Positions 34,521 to 47,859 of a stretch of DNA of 64,000 nucleotides are shown piece by piece. Position numbers and translations under genes: made by a program. How positions within the stretch are numbered: the first letter of the stretch is position 1; every line of letters begins with the position of its first letter. The stretch comes from Octopus sinensis (taxonomy: Eukaryota). The notes beneath the pieces were generated by a model. It saw only the letters and a list, made by a program, of their open reading frames with translations, was not told the origin of the DNA and did not search any database. The stretch lies in the NCBI RefSeq assembly GCF_006345805.1, contig NC_043000.1:20460001-20524000 (forward strand), written 5' to 3'.

Positions 34521-35870
34521 TCAACTGTTATAATGCCCCATAAATGACCAAAATATGAAATGTCATTAAATGGTGCTTTAATGTTGGTCATGGCTTGGGC
34601 CAAATTCTAGTTAAAACTTATCAAAGTATTTAAGTATGTGTGTGTGCATGTATGTATGCAATGCCAGTGTCTATACATGTGAGCATGTGTGTGTATTTGT
34701 TTATATGTCACTCATTTCTATTAAAGTTGTGACATTTATGTTGTTGAAAATGCTTTTAATAAATCCTTGAAGTTGCTTGAAATAAAGCATCCTTTATTTG
34801 AAAAACAAGTAAGGGTTAGTGAAAGGAAGAGCATTTTGCTGTAAAATAAATCTGCAATCACACACCTATGTGGATTTTCATGATACTTTCAATCAACTTA
34901 GACAATGCCTTAACTATACTACTCCTGATTACTAACTGTATATAAACACTTTATCCAAATGTAAATTTTGTTTTATTCGATTCTCTATCTGAACAATTTT
35001 TAATAGGAAATCCATTATGTATTTGTCCGACATGTAAAACTTTGTAATTCCTATTAGCAAATGGTTGGTGAATAAATAACACCAAAATATTTTCCAATTT
35101 CCTGTTTGGTTTATATATATGTAATGTATGTTTGCAATGTATGTATGTAATGTATGTATGTTATGTATGTATGTATGTATGCATGTCCTTGACTTCAACA
35201 CATGTGTATATTTTGATATAGTAATTTGACTTTAACATTCCTTTCTAGTGTGTGGCTTTACTTAGAATAACAGCCCTTAATGTAATAATTATATATATAT
35301 ATATATATATATAACACTTGTTTCTGTCTTCATCCCTGATCTTTCTCTCTCCAGTCAGGTAACCTTGTACTTCCTCTTCAGCAAGACACCTACCTCAGCC
35401 TCATTATAACCTTTTCATCATCATCATCTCCTCTAATGCCTCCTCCCCTCTTAAAAGTTTTCGTCTTGTAAGTACTTAGTGACCCTGTCCATGCAGATGC
35501 CACTTAAAAGCATCCAGTCCAGTTTGCTGAATAGTTGGTGTTAAGAAGGGCATCCAGCTGTAAAAACCTTGCCAAAACTGACCTCGACTGTGCTTGCGCC
35601 ACATAAAAAAGCACTAAGTCCATCTGCTGAGTGGTTGGTGTTAGGAACGGCATGCAGCTGTAAAAATCCTGCCAAAACAGTCACAGAAGTCCAGTGCAGG
35701 CTTTGGCTTGGCTGGCTCTTGTGGTATCATCCCACCCATGCTAGCATGGAACATGGATGTCTAATGATGATATATACCTGGATAAATGCTTCCAACAAAT
35801 TCCAGATAAACCTCCTACACATATAGATATGTATATCATCATCAAAACACCATTCAAGAATTCCTTATAC

Positions 35871-35978
35871 CGACATCAGTTTCAGCAATTTCTGTTGCTT
35901 CATCAGTAAGGACTGGCTTGACTTCAGCAGATTCTGGACTTAATTCTCTGTCAGTATGTATGTTTCGTTCATAGAAAT
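35871..35978 (-). other. Candidate 108-nt phase-1/phase-1 coding exon (FYERNIHTDRELSPESAEVKPVLTDEATEIAETDV)
   Basis: Open acidic frame; catccatAG acceptor and G|GTATAA donor; no homology recognised. Confidence 0.25.
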
Positions 35979-36247
35979 CTATGGATGATTTAGTGAATCA
36001 CTAATGTATATACAGAAAATTAATATAGACAGCCGTGTGCAATGTTTTACCAAAAAGGAAAACTATAATTGTCACTACATGTGACTAGAGTATTAGGAAC
36101 ACCTACATTGCTAGAAATAAAATGCTCTAATATTGTAGTCAAAGCACATAATTGTATGCATGCATACTGACAGGGATTATAATCATCCAAAAACACCATT
36201 CGAGATTTTCTATATTTAGATGCCTTCACCTATTTTAAAGCAAAGTA

Positions 36248-36790
36248 TTATAATAATAATAATAATAATGAATTTATTGTATACAGTGCTCAGGTGCACC
36301 ACAACTTGTCAAAAGTGCGTATAAAGCATATGCAGTAATGTACAAATGTCTGCAAAGTGAACAGTGTATGAGTCAGATACATGCTTGCATGCGTATGGAG
36401 GGGGGAAAATCAGGTGTAGTGTTGACGAATCTCAGGAAGCCTGGAAGTTTTGAAGGATGCAGTGCTCCGACAACAGACAGCTGATGCTGGCAGTTTGTTC
36501 TATGCTTCAGCAACTCTTAGTGTGAAAAAATGTTTCCGAAAGTCATGGGAGCTGTGCTGTTTTCTGACTTTGTAAACATGTCCACAGGTGTTAGACAGGT
36601 GGAATTTAAAAAGGTGCTCAGAGTTATTGTTAGTAAGATGGTTAATAATTTTATGGGCATCACAATTTGGTTTTATTCCTAACTCCAGCTGCTATAATCA
36701 ACTCATCGAGTTTCTTGAGGACACGTATTTCCCCAGTGCCAAACATATCTTCACAAAATACTTGAAATGGATTATATGGCTTGTATAACA
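36248..36790 (-). mobile_element. CR1 LINE 3' end with (ATT)n tail
   Basis: Minus strand resembles YKVRKQHSSHDFRKHFFTLRVAEA; (TAA)n on + strand at the left end. Confidence 0.75.
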
Positions 36791-36924
36791 GTGACACTCA
36801 TCCATAGAATGTCTGGGCTAAATCTGACAGTTTGTATAAAAGAGGAAAAAAAATATCACAGCCAAAAATAAAAGTATTTTTGAAAAATTAAAAATTATCA
36901 ACTAGATTATGGCTGGGTGATAAC

Positions 36925-37800
36925 AGTTTACTCAAAGAAGCTGTCCTCAGCTTCCACCATGACTTCAAGATGGCTCCTGAATCTGATGCATGCATTCTTC
37001 ACTGTATCCCTGGATTGATCTTCAAACACCTCCTTGATCTTGGTCACCAGTTCAACCTTGGTGTTGCAGGCAGAACAGCTGGTGTCATTCTCAGCTGCAC
37101 CCCACAAACAGTAATCTATAGGATTGCAATTGGGGGAATTAGGAGGCCAGAAATTGGGGCTGGTGAAGTCATAGAAATTCTCTGACAACTACTTTTAACT
37201 CTTTCTGAAGGTATGGCAAAGAGTCAAATTCTGCTGTCAACCATATGGCCTCCCAGCAGTAACCCTCTCCTGCCAGGGTTTGACCGCAATCTCCTGCAAC
37301 TTCATATAGCTGTCTGAATTGAGCTGCCTAAGGCCCTGTACAAAGATGTGGGATTGAATTTTGGTGTGCAGATGCAGTCAGAATGCCTACTCTGTTCCTT
37401 CCTGTTGGTAAAAGCTTTGTAGTCTCCATTGCAACTGTCCATGTTATGTCTTACAGCCATTACAATGTTCACATAGCATTGAGCAGCAGTCATGATGTTA
37501 GCATTTTGATGCCTGGTGTGAATCATCATGACACAAGTAACTCTTTTCCAAAACAAGGTGGTATTCGACTGATGCCTGAGGGTCACATCAAGTGGCTTCT
37601 AGTGGCAGAAGCCTGAACTACAATGGGCTTGTCCCACAGAGAACATTTCCAGTTTCTCTTGGGTAGCCCCTCCTATTCAGATGGCTTCCAATTCACTTTC
37701 AGCTAACTTTTTCTCAATTACAACTATAATCTTTATGCTCTCCAATGCCATTCCTGAAAAAAGAAAACAAAAAAGTGTTAAATTTACCCCTAACACCCTG
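36925..37800 (-). mobile_element. Internally deleted Tc1/mariner (maT, DD37D-type spacing) remnant
   Basis: TA|CAGGGTG 5' end at 37800; N-terminal remnant 37302-37586; WPPNSPNCNPIDY with 37 residues from the decayed QQ(D) motif; left TIR not seen. Confidence 0.8.
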
Positions 37801-37809
37801 TACAACATG

Positions 37810-38800
37810 ACATGATGTCAAGACAAGGAGACTCTCACCCATGGTGGAAGTTGACTCATGACTGGGTAAGACCACTTCCAAAACCCATTTCACTCAAAGA
37901 AACTTCTCGTGTTTGGTTCCCACCACCCATCATTGATAATGTTTCCATATGGTTACCAAGGCCTACAAGGCACTTATATCATTTCACGTTGACCACAAGT
38001 TAGCCTCCCAGCAACAGCCTGACCATCTGGATGTAGGAATCTACAATGCCAAGTGAGTCCACTACTGACCCCATACACTCTGCTACACAAGCTGCATGAA
38101 AGATCATGTTGGATATCACACCTGTTTCTTTATTACCCACAGGGGGCTAAACATAAAGAGGACAAACAAGGACAGACAAACGGATTAAGTCGATTACATT
38201 GATCCCAGTGCGTAACTGGTACTTAATTTATTGACCCCGAAAGGATTAAAGGCAAAGTCGACCTCAGCAGAATTTGAACTCAGAACGTAACGGCAGACGA
38301 AATACGGCTACGCATTTCGCCCGGCGTGCTAACGTTTCTGCCAGCTCACTGCCTTATATCACATCGGTAGACCAGGGCATCCGTATGGCCACACTTGTAG
38401 CTGAGTAGACCTGCCTTTGTGAAGCAGTCATGACCACACTGGTCACATGAAAGAGTCTCTTTTGTGCTCTTCTCAGGAAGAGTGTTCACATCCTTTTTAT
38501 AGTTACCAGAATGTTTTAACTCAGTGTATGCTACCCAATTGTTCTCAAATTCTTTAACAACAGTTGCAATCAGATTCCTTTACAGCTCCCCATCTGATGC
38601 CAGATCTTACCAGGGGTTAGTATCAATATTAGTGTATCTCTAAGATTATCTCTGAAACACTTGGTTCACTTGCTGTGGCAACATTTTTCTTGCTCCACCT
38701 CACCAAGCATCACCTGTTTTGGGATACAGGTGTCCTTTAAATGGAGAAGATGACCAGACCATTTTAGTTGGTGTTTCATTATCATGGACTCAAGAAGTGG
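37810..38800 (-). mobile_element. Degraded RTE remnants interrupted by SINE B (38124-38355)
   Basis: Weak RT-like and terminal CDQCGH..C motifs; SINE B clear. Confidence 0.45.
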
Positions 38801-39957
38801 TTTAGTATGACTGAATAAAAATCAATAATATTGAACTGGGTTGTTTGTTGCTTTATGTTATTAAATTATTCTGTTACTGACATACTATTGTTTTATAAGA
38901 GAAAGAATATTGCATTTATTTCTATTTTAAATGGAATAAAGTCCATGATTAGCATACTAAATATTCATAATTTGTTTTTGTTTTTATTTTTGTTAGGATT
39001 TTTGTGGTAGTGGTGGTGAGGGGTTAATTTAATTGTTTTTAAACTGGTAAACACCATACCCACCCACAAAAAATATTAATAAATTGTTTTCATCACTCCC
39101 CCTCATATTAATGAGAAGTGAAAATGTTTACCTCCATATAATTCTTCATTTTTGCTATGGTGTGTTTGGAAAATTCAGAAAGTTTAAAACCATCTTAACT
39201 GATTTTAACATGGCAATTTGTCTACCCAGCTCTCCTTTTCACTCCTCACACCTTTCCTTGCTGTGAGAAACTTTGGGTTAATTAGTTTCAATTGAGGATT
39301 TCTAGAAAAAAATATACTTATGATCTTTAAGAGTAATATATGGTAAGCATGAGAGGCAAAGGCTAAATAGTCTATTCTGTCAGCAATATTCAAGCTGGTA
39401 GTTGTAGCTTTAATAGGCTAATAGAATTGCATTGTTGCTAGAGATTTTTGCAAATATCGATGAAGCTGTTGATAATAATTTATTGAACCTACTTTTGTCT
39501 ATAGTGTCAACGCTTTTGATCTAAACTGACAAAGCATAAATTTCTCTTCGTGTTTTTTGTTTTTTTTAATTTCATGAAGCTGTTAAATTCATGCTCAAAA
39601 CAATCACTCCCTGGCTTACACTAAAATGCAGAAAGCAGATTGCACAGCACATCTGAAACACAAATACTGCCCAGCAATATTATATAACTGGCATTACACA
39701 TACTCTGCACAATAGATGAAACACTCAAATAACACCAGGAAACAAAACAAATGCAGTTCTTCATTCTCCAATGCAACAATGCTCCACACGCCTCAAGAAC
39801 AAAACAGTGCACCTGATGATACTGTATAAACTCACATAAAAACTGTTATGAAGCTGATGACCATACCTGCTAACTAAATTAGCATGCTCGTTTATTTAGC
39901 AGGTATTTTAACTTAACTTGATGCTTGATCACAAGACGCCCTGAATCTTAAGAGTCT

Positions 39958-40216
39958 TCTCTTTTACTCTTTTACTTGTTTCAGTCATTTGACTGTGGTC
40001 ATGCTGGAGCACCACCTTTAGTAGAGCACATCGACCCCAGGACTTATTCTTTGTAAGCCTAGTACTTATTCTATTGGTCTCTTTTGCCGAACTGCTAAGT
40101 TACGGGGATGTAAACACACCAGCATTGGTTGTCAAATGATGCTGGAGGGGACAAACACAGACACACAAACGTATATATATACACACATACATAGACACAC
40201 ACACACACATACACAC

Positions 40217-40251
<35 letters not shown>

Positions 40252-40430
40252 CATACATATATATATATGACAGGCTTCTTTCAGCTTCCGTCTACCAAAT
40301 CCACTCACAAGGCTTTGGTCGGCCCGAGGCTATAGTAGAAGACACTTGCCCAAGGTGCCACACAGTGGGACTGAACCTGGAACCATGTGGTTCATAAGCA
40401 AGCTACTTACCACACAGCCACTCCTACACC
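39958..40430 (-). mobile_element. SINE family A (CpG-decayed)
   Basis: Family match with many CG>TG/CA changes. Confidence 0.85.
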
Positions 40431-40431
40431 T

Positions 40432-40850
40432 TCCTTAGGATTCTTGCAGAATACAGGATGGTACCTTTCAGTAGGTCAACAATGTGAATTCCAATTCTAA
40501 TCTCTTTCAGTCTCTTAGGTAGCATTTTGGGTGTTGTGCCAAGTGAACCAAACTACTACAGGAATAATTGTTGTCTTGGTCTTCCACAGTCTCCTCAACT
40601 CTATGGCTAAATCCTGATATTTCTCAATTCATTCAATTTATTTAGTATTGATTCTACTATCATAGGAAATTGTAAAATCTGTGATCTTACACTGTTTGTT
40701 TATTTCGTCCTCTATGATCATATCCCATCTATTTGCTTCAATAGTATGGTCAGTCTTTATGGGGAAATCCCACAAGATCTTGTAATTCTCACTTTCTGTC
40801 GCAGCCTCTGGTTTGTGCTCATACCACTTTTCTATTGTTTTGAAGCTAGT
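40432..40850 (-). mobile_element. R4/Dong-like non-LTR element C-terminal remnant (restriction-like endonuclease)
   Basis: WYEHKPE...YKILWDFPIKTDHTIEANRWD...EKYQDLAIELRRLWK...IIPVVV. Confidence 0.8.
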
Positions 40851-40979
40851 AAAATGTTAACACAGAAAAGCAAAATAATAGTTTCAGAATTATTTTACTA
40901 TTATCACCGTGACCGACCAGGCTATCAGATGTTGCTACACATCGCTGGTCACAATGCGCTTCGCATCATTTTATCCCTC

Positions 40980-42062
40980 AAATGACGCCACCCTGCTGGC
41001 TAAGTGAGCTGGCCAACAGAAGAAAGAGTGAGAGAAAGTTGTGGCAAAAGAGTACAGCAGGGATCGCCACCACCCCCTGCCAGAGCCTCGTGGAGCTTTA
41101 GGTGTTTTTGCTCAATAAACACTCACAACGCCTGGTCTGGGAATCGAAACCACGAGTCCGCTGCCCTAACCACTGGGCCATTGCGCCTCCACTTTACTAT
41201 TATATTATGTCAAAGCAACAGTTTTATTTTGGGGATCTTTTATCTCTTACTTGTTTCAGTCATTAGACTGTGGCCATGCTGGGACACTGCCTTGAATCAT
41301 TTTTATTTTAATGAGCCAACCTCAGTACTTTTTTTTAATTTTAAACCTGGTACTTAGTCTATTGGTCTCCTTTGCTGAACTGCTATATCACAGGGACGTA
41401 AACACACCAGCACAAGTTGTCAAGTGATGGTGGAGGACAAACACAGACACAGAGATACACACACACACACACACACAGACACACACACACAGACACAGAG
41501 ATACACACACACATACACAGACACACACATACACACATCATCATCATCATCGTTTAACATCCGCTTTCCATGCTAGCATGGGCTGGACGATTTGACTGAG
41601 AGCTGGCGAACCAGATGGCTGCACCAGGCTCCAGTCTTGATCTGGCAGAGTTTCTACAGCTGGATGCCCTTCCTAATGCCAACCACTCTGAGAGTGTAGT
41701 GGGTGCTTTTTACATGCCATGGCACGGGGGCCAGTCAGGCGGTACTGGCAACGACCTCACTTGAATCTTTTTACACATGCCACCAGCACAGGTACCAGTA
41801 AGGCGATGTTGGTAACGATCACACTCAAATGATGCCCTTTTACGTGCCACCGGCACGGAAGCTGCTCTGGCGACGATCACACTCGGATGGTGCTCTTGGC
41901 ACCCTACTAGCACAGGCTATATATTATGGGCATCTTTTACTTTCTGTCTACTAAATCCATTCACAAGGCTTTGGTAGAACACACTTGTCCAAGATGTTAT
42001 GCAGTGGGACTGAACACAGAACCATGTGGTTGGGTAGCAAACTTCTTGCCACACAGCCACAC
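40980..42062 (-). mobile_element. SINE C, then SINE A split by an RTE-tail repeat (~41538-41915) nested in its microsatellite
   Basis: SINE A tail 41235-41460 and head 41920-42062 flank the RTE-tail repeat. Confidence 0.75.
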
Positions 42063-42241
42063 CAAAAAATTTTAGAGAGTTTTGTAAAATTCAAATATTT
42101 GATAATATATTATTTTTTTACAAATATCTCAATGTAATTATTTGTTCAGACATATATAATCCAATGTAACTGCAATTATTTTGTAAAATATGTATAATGC
42201 GAAAATTGTTTTTCTTTTCTTTTTTTTTTTTTATTCCATAG

Positions 42242-42281
42242 CTTCCAGATATAAAATCAATTTGTCAAATGATATCATCAG
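42242..42281 (+). other. Candidate 40-nt exon
   Basis: ~30-nt T tract plus ccatAG acceptor; CAG|GTAGAT donor; two frames open. Confidence 0.3.
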
Positions 42282-42650
42282 GTAGATTCCTTTTTTACAA
42301 CAAATTATTTGCATCTGCAAAGTATTTAATAATAATAAATTAATAATTAATATTACGTTTAAAATTCCTAGTTGTATTTTGAATATCCAGCACAGAAAGC
42401 AATGTATGGAAACTCTATTTATTTTTACATTGGAATTTGTAATTATCAACGTGACTTCTTTGAAGCATGCTATATTCTGTTACATTGTGGCGAATTGAAG
42501 CTCTTACATTGACACAATATCATAGGCTTTTAGTTGAAGAATACAGTCCACTAAAGTTTTCCTAGTTCCTGAAAGATAAGCTTCTATTAGCTTCTGAGTT
42601 CAGGCATGGCTGTGTTCTTAAAAAGTTTGCTTCAAAGCAATATGATATGA

Positions 42651-43527
42651 TCCCGCAAAAGGGAACCTTCAAAAAGATTTAGATGTTGGCCAATGTCTTG
42701 TCAGTGGAATCTGGTGTGGAGGCACATGGCCTAGTGGTTAGAGCAGTGGACTCGCAGTCAAGGGATCGCGGGTTCAAATCTCAGACCGGGCGATGTGTGT
42801 GTATATGAGCAAAAACACCTAAGCTCCAGCAGAAGGTAATGGCAAACTTCTGCTGACTCTTTCGTCACAACTTTCTCTCATTCTTTTCTTCCTGCATCTA
42901 GCAGCTCACCTGCGAAGGACCGGCATCCCATCCAGGTGGGGAACCTATATGCCAAGGAAACTGGGAAACCGGCCCTTATGAGCCAGGCATGGCTTGAGAA
43001 GGAACAAACACACAAAACAGTGGAATTTGGTAAATGGAAAGTGTGTGGAAGTTCATTGTAGATATATATATATAGAGAGGTGTGTGTGCATGTGTCTTTA
43101 ATTCATGTATATTGGCGATGAATATAAACTGAAAACTGATGCTTCATGAATGAAATCCCTTAAGATATTTGTTCTGCATCAAATTAGATACTCTCTCACC
43201 ATTTATGCCATCAGAAACATAGTGAACCATTGACGGGTTCATTTTGAAGGTTCCCACAAAATGGGAACCTTCAAAAGGATTTAGATGTTGGCTAGTGTCT
43301 TGTCAGTGGAGTTCGGTAAATGGAAAGCATGTGGAAGTTCATTGTATATATATAGAGAGAGGTGTGTGTGTGCTTGTGTCTTTAGCTCGTGTATATTGGC
43401 GATGAATATAAACTGAAAACTGATGCTTCATGAATGAAATCCCTTAAGATATTTGTTCTGCATCAAATTAGACACTCTCTCATCATTTATGCCATCAGAC
43501 ACGTAGTGAACCAGTGACAGGTTCATT
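42651..43527 (+). repeat. Tandem duplication (~275-bp unit); first copy carries SINE C (42711-43017, 9-bp TSD)
   Basis: 42651-43241 minus the SINE matches 43252-43527; cagtggaat at 42702-42710 and 43018-43026. Confidence 0.9.
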
Positions 43528-44587
43528 AAAAACTTGTGACTAATGACACTCTTGTTCACCAGTTGCAATAAATAAAAACCTTAATTTCAGAATAAAGAAA
43601 GCAAATTAAATCATGGTCTCATTTAGTCAGTGAATCTCTCATTATTGTGTGTCAAGCAATGAGATTTCTTCAGTATTGCTTTTCTTGGCTTGTATTTATA
43701 TTTGAAGCTTTCTTTCCATTTATGTTTTGAAATATTGCACAGATTAATGACTTTGTGTCTCAAACACTATTTTCCGTAATGATGAAAGATCAGGTTTATT
43801 TTTTGATATTTTTTAAATATGCTATAGGTGAGCCTAAACTTCATACTTGTAGGAGTCAAGCTCAGAACTGTAAGTCCTCAAAAAGGCTCAACAATTATAT
43901 GATCAGCTTGATAACCACACCATCAATACTTTATATTTTATTTTGATTGCAATACTCCATCAGGGACATCAAGAATCATATTCTTCCAACTTTAATAGAA
44001 TAAGAGTAGTTGTCTTGAAGAAAAGAGTTAAGGCTAGTGGTCCCCCACAACCATATCACAGTGCAGTATTCTGAGAGAGAGAAAGGAATCAACACCATTA
44101 TTTATCTGATGTTCTATTTCATGGCCTAAGAAGAATTTAGGTCAAAGTTGTCCTCAGCAGGATTTGAACTCAGAATGTAAACAGCCAGAACAAATACCAC
44201 AAGGCATTCATCAGACAATTGTATATTTAAAGTGAAATAATACAAGTAGAGTTAAGTGTATCACCAAACACTCAATAATAAGTTTTAAACTCATGGCAAC
44301 AAATTAGGAAAGCTTATTGGCTTTGCACTCTGTCTTTTGGGATTAATTCTGGAAGAATAAACAGAATATAATTTGTTTCCACACTAGACTGACTTAACAT
44401 TGTTGATGTTGTACATTCGTTTGTTTAAATATAACTTTCAAGTTGTAGAAGAGCACCACGTATATTCTTGAGAGATTTGACCATTTCTCCTACGATAGCG
44501 TTGATTATTTCTTCAAAAACAAAATGATTCACCTCACAAAACATCCATCATACTTTGTATGTCTCTTCATCTCTCTCTCTCTTTCTT

Positions 44588-44618
<31 letters not shown>

Positions 44619-44800
44619 CCTCTCTCTCTCTCTCTCTCTTTCTTTCTCTCTCTCTCTCTCTTTCTTTCTCTCTTTCTCTCTTTTTCTCTCTCTCTCTCTG
44701 TATATATATATATATATATATAATGTTTGTGTGTATATGTGAGTGAGAGACTGAGAGAAATAACATATGTATGTGTATATATATATATTCGTATATATAT

Positions 44801-44844
<44 letters not shown>

Positions 44845-44965
44845 CGTAAAGACAGATGAATACTGCAAAGCATTTTTGCCTGGTGTGCTAATAATTCTGC
44901 CAGCTCATCACCTTAATAATAATAATATCTTAAAAGGATTGATGTAACTCCTCAGAAAGGTAAAT

Positions 44966-46165
44966 AGACAATACAAATAGCATGATGTGATTGCAATAGA
45001 TGTTTTATTGGTTGAACAATATTTTGACAGCTAGCCTGATTTTGTCGAGTTCAAAATGAAAAATGATACATACATAGAAATATAAAATTATTGAAATTCA
45101 AATCCAAAATTTGAATGAGGGCAACCAGTGTTCCTTCGTTGATAGAATGACATCATCAGTCTTCAATTTTCAAGTTAACAAAAGGCAAAAAGAAAAAGAA
45201 AGAAAAGAAAAGGTAAGGAAAAGGAAGAAGAATATTTAATCAAACAGTTTTGTGTAAATATGATGAAATTCCCTTGTCGTTTTATTCACCCTTCCAGGGC
45301 GTGATGTTAATAACTCACAAACATATTTCTCCTCATGCATTTTGAGGACTAAAAGTGTAGCAGATTAAGAATATTTTCTGAGAATATACACTTTCAAGTC
45401 TTTTTCAAAATTTCAGCAGTTTGATGTAAAATGTTCGGCAAGTTCTGTCAAACTATTGTTATTGTGCCTGACGTTATGTCTGTGCCCACTGAATCTTTTC
45501 TTTAATTGTTCTGTTGTACAACCAACATAAATCAAATTGTGTTTGGTACATTCTACTGCGTACACCAAATGGGAATCTCTAAACATCCCAACTTCCGTGT
45601 AAATCATAACATTTCTGTTATGATTCCTGATGGAATTGACTTGACTCATGTTGTTGCACAATAAACAGGGCTTACCTCTCTTGTGGCTGTTTTTCAAAGT
45701 ACAGCGTGCAGAAATTCCAATGTTAGTTTTCTTGGAGTCAGAAGTAGAGGTTAATAGTTCTCTTATATTTTTATTCTGTCTAAGGCTGAAATAGGCAGCT
45801 GAGGAAATATATATTTGAAACAAGGATATTTTTCTGCAATATGCTGGTAACTTTCATGTAACACTTTTGAAATGCCAGCAAAATCTTGGTGCCAGTTTGA
45901 TTAAATATTCTTCTTTAGCCTTTTCTTTTTTCTTTTCTTTTTCTCTCTTTTTTTCCTTTCTTTTCCTTTTTGCCAGTTGTAAACTTGAAAATTGGAGACT
46001 GATGGTGTCATCCCATCAACGTGGGAATGCTTGTTGCCTCATTTGAACTGTGAATTTGAATTTCTATGTTTGTATCACTTTTCATTTTGAACTTGACAAA
46101 GGCAGGCGAGCTGTCAAAACCAATAAAACATGCATTGCAGTTGCACCGCGCTCTTTGTATTGTCT
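44966..46165 (-). mobile_element. PLE fragment: GIY-YIG remnant flanked by ~280-bp inverted terminal repeats
   Basis: KPCLLC...HLVYAVECTKHNLIYVGCTTEQLKKRFSGH...LAEHF (45413-45823); 44966-45245 inverted relative to 45896-46165. Confidence 0.8.
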
Positions 46166-46574
46166 CATAAAAATAATAATAATAATAATAATAATTCTTT
46201 CTACTCTAGGTACAAGAAGTGAAATTTTTAAGGGAAGGGGCTATTTAATTACATTGACCCCAATGTTCAACTGGTACCAATTTTATCAACCCTGGAATGA
46301 GGAAAGGCAAAAATTGACCTCAGCAGAATTTGAACTCAAAACATAAATGCTGCTAAACATTTTATCCAGCATGCCAATGATTCTGCCAGCTCACTGCCTT
46401 ACAATGATAATAATAACAATAATAATAATAATAATAATAATAATATAGTTGATGTTGCATGAGTCTTTGACCCATGAATAGTCAAGAAGGAAGGCAAAAA
46501 GATAGATAAATACAATCCTCTTAAGTACAAAATAACACGGCTTTGGAAAAGGAAGAAGATAGTGCTGATTATTA

Positions 46575-46745
46575 TTGTTGCCCAGTAGAACTGTTACAAA
46601 AGGTTTGCCTCCTTGGCACGGCCAGAATAATCAGGAAAGTATTAGATAGCATAGTAATGTAGGCTGCAGGCAGCAAGCCCACTATGCATGCAAGAATCCA
46701 GGAACTCCAACAAAACCTGTGATAAAGAGATGTAATAGTGGTTTC
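46575..46745 (+). mobile_element. Extreme 3' end of an R4/Dong-like element
   Basis: LQKVCLLGTARIIRKVLD*. Confidence 0.6.
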
Positions 46746-46903
46746 TCATTCAGGCTCAAGGCCACTGATTTTGAAGAGATGGAGGGTAGTTGATAACAAT
46801 AACACCACCACTTAACAAATACATTATTTTATGGATTCCAAAAGGATAAAAGGCAAAGGTGACCTCAACAGGATTTGAACATGGTCTCTGAACTATTCAA
46901 ATA

Positions 46904-47122
46904 TATTTCTTTACTACCCACAAGGGGCTAAACAGGGACAGACGAACGGATTAAGTCGATTATATCGACCCCAGTGCGTAACTGGTACTTAATTTATCGA
47001 CCCCGAAAGGATGAAAGGCAAAGTCGACCTCGGCGGAATTTGAACCCAGAACGTAACGGCAGACGAAATACGGCTACGCATTTCACCCGGCATGCTAACG
47101 ATTCTGCCAGTTCGCCGCCTTT
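46904..47122 (-). mobile_element. SINE family B with 17-bp TSD
   Basis: tctgaactattcaaata at 46887-46903 and 47123-47139. Confidence 0.9.
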
Positions 47123-47859
47123 TCTGAACTATTCAAATAGCTTACCTTACATAATATATGAGATAGTCAGTACTTGTTGCTAAAAAAAGGTTTCCCTCTT
47201 CAAACAAAATGCAAACAACGTGAAATATGTGCAAGAAGCTTGATGTGAATTGTTAGTGAGACATTTTCATCGATTATTGAGCATGTAATATTAAATTGCA
47301 TGAGATGAGAAGCAAGTCACCAGTAAGTTGATAAAAAATGGTGGAGTGTAAAAGACATTAACTGATAGACTGATAGACGCAGGAGATACAACTGTAGCAG
47401 ACAATGAGGAAATGGTGTCATGCGCTGCCAGTGGAAAGTGACTGTGACATTGGAATACTGAGAGAAGCATGAGAAGTGATGTGATTGGATTTCGAGATGC
47501 TAGGTGTCACAGGTAAGATGACATAAAGATAAAGGTGAGGAGTGATATGCTATACTGTAGTCATCTAATTCCTGCCATCAGGGGGGAAAAAAAGAGGTGT
47601 TAAAACATTGCTGATAATAAGATGAAGGAAGATATGTATACGCATATACATATATACACATCATCATCGTTTAACATCTGTTTTCCATACTAGCATGGGT
47701 TGGAGCTAGCATGTGTATTTGTGTGTCCATGCGTGTGTGTGTGTGTGTGTGCACATATGGTAATGGCAAACAGGTTTATATATTTGAGCCATGGTGTTGT
47801 TCAATCAGATTTCAAAGAAGCCTCGTCTCAATCCATTGATGTCTATAGTTCACCAAAAC

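Noticed and set aside
34932-35201. ORF with PH-domain-like WCYLFTNHLLI
   Set aside because: Weak acceptor and only superficial motif similarity
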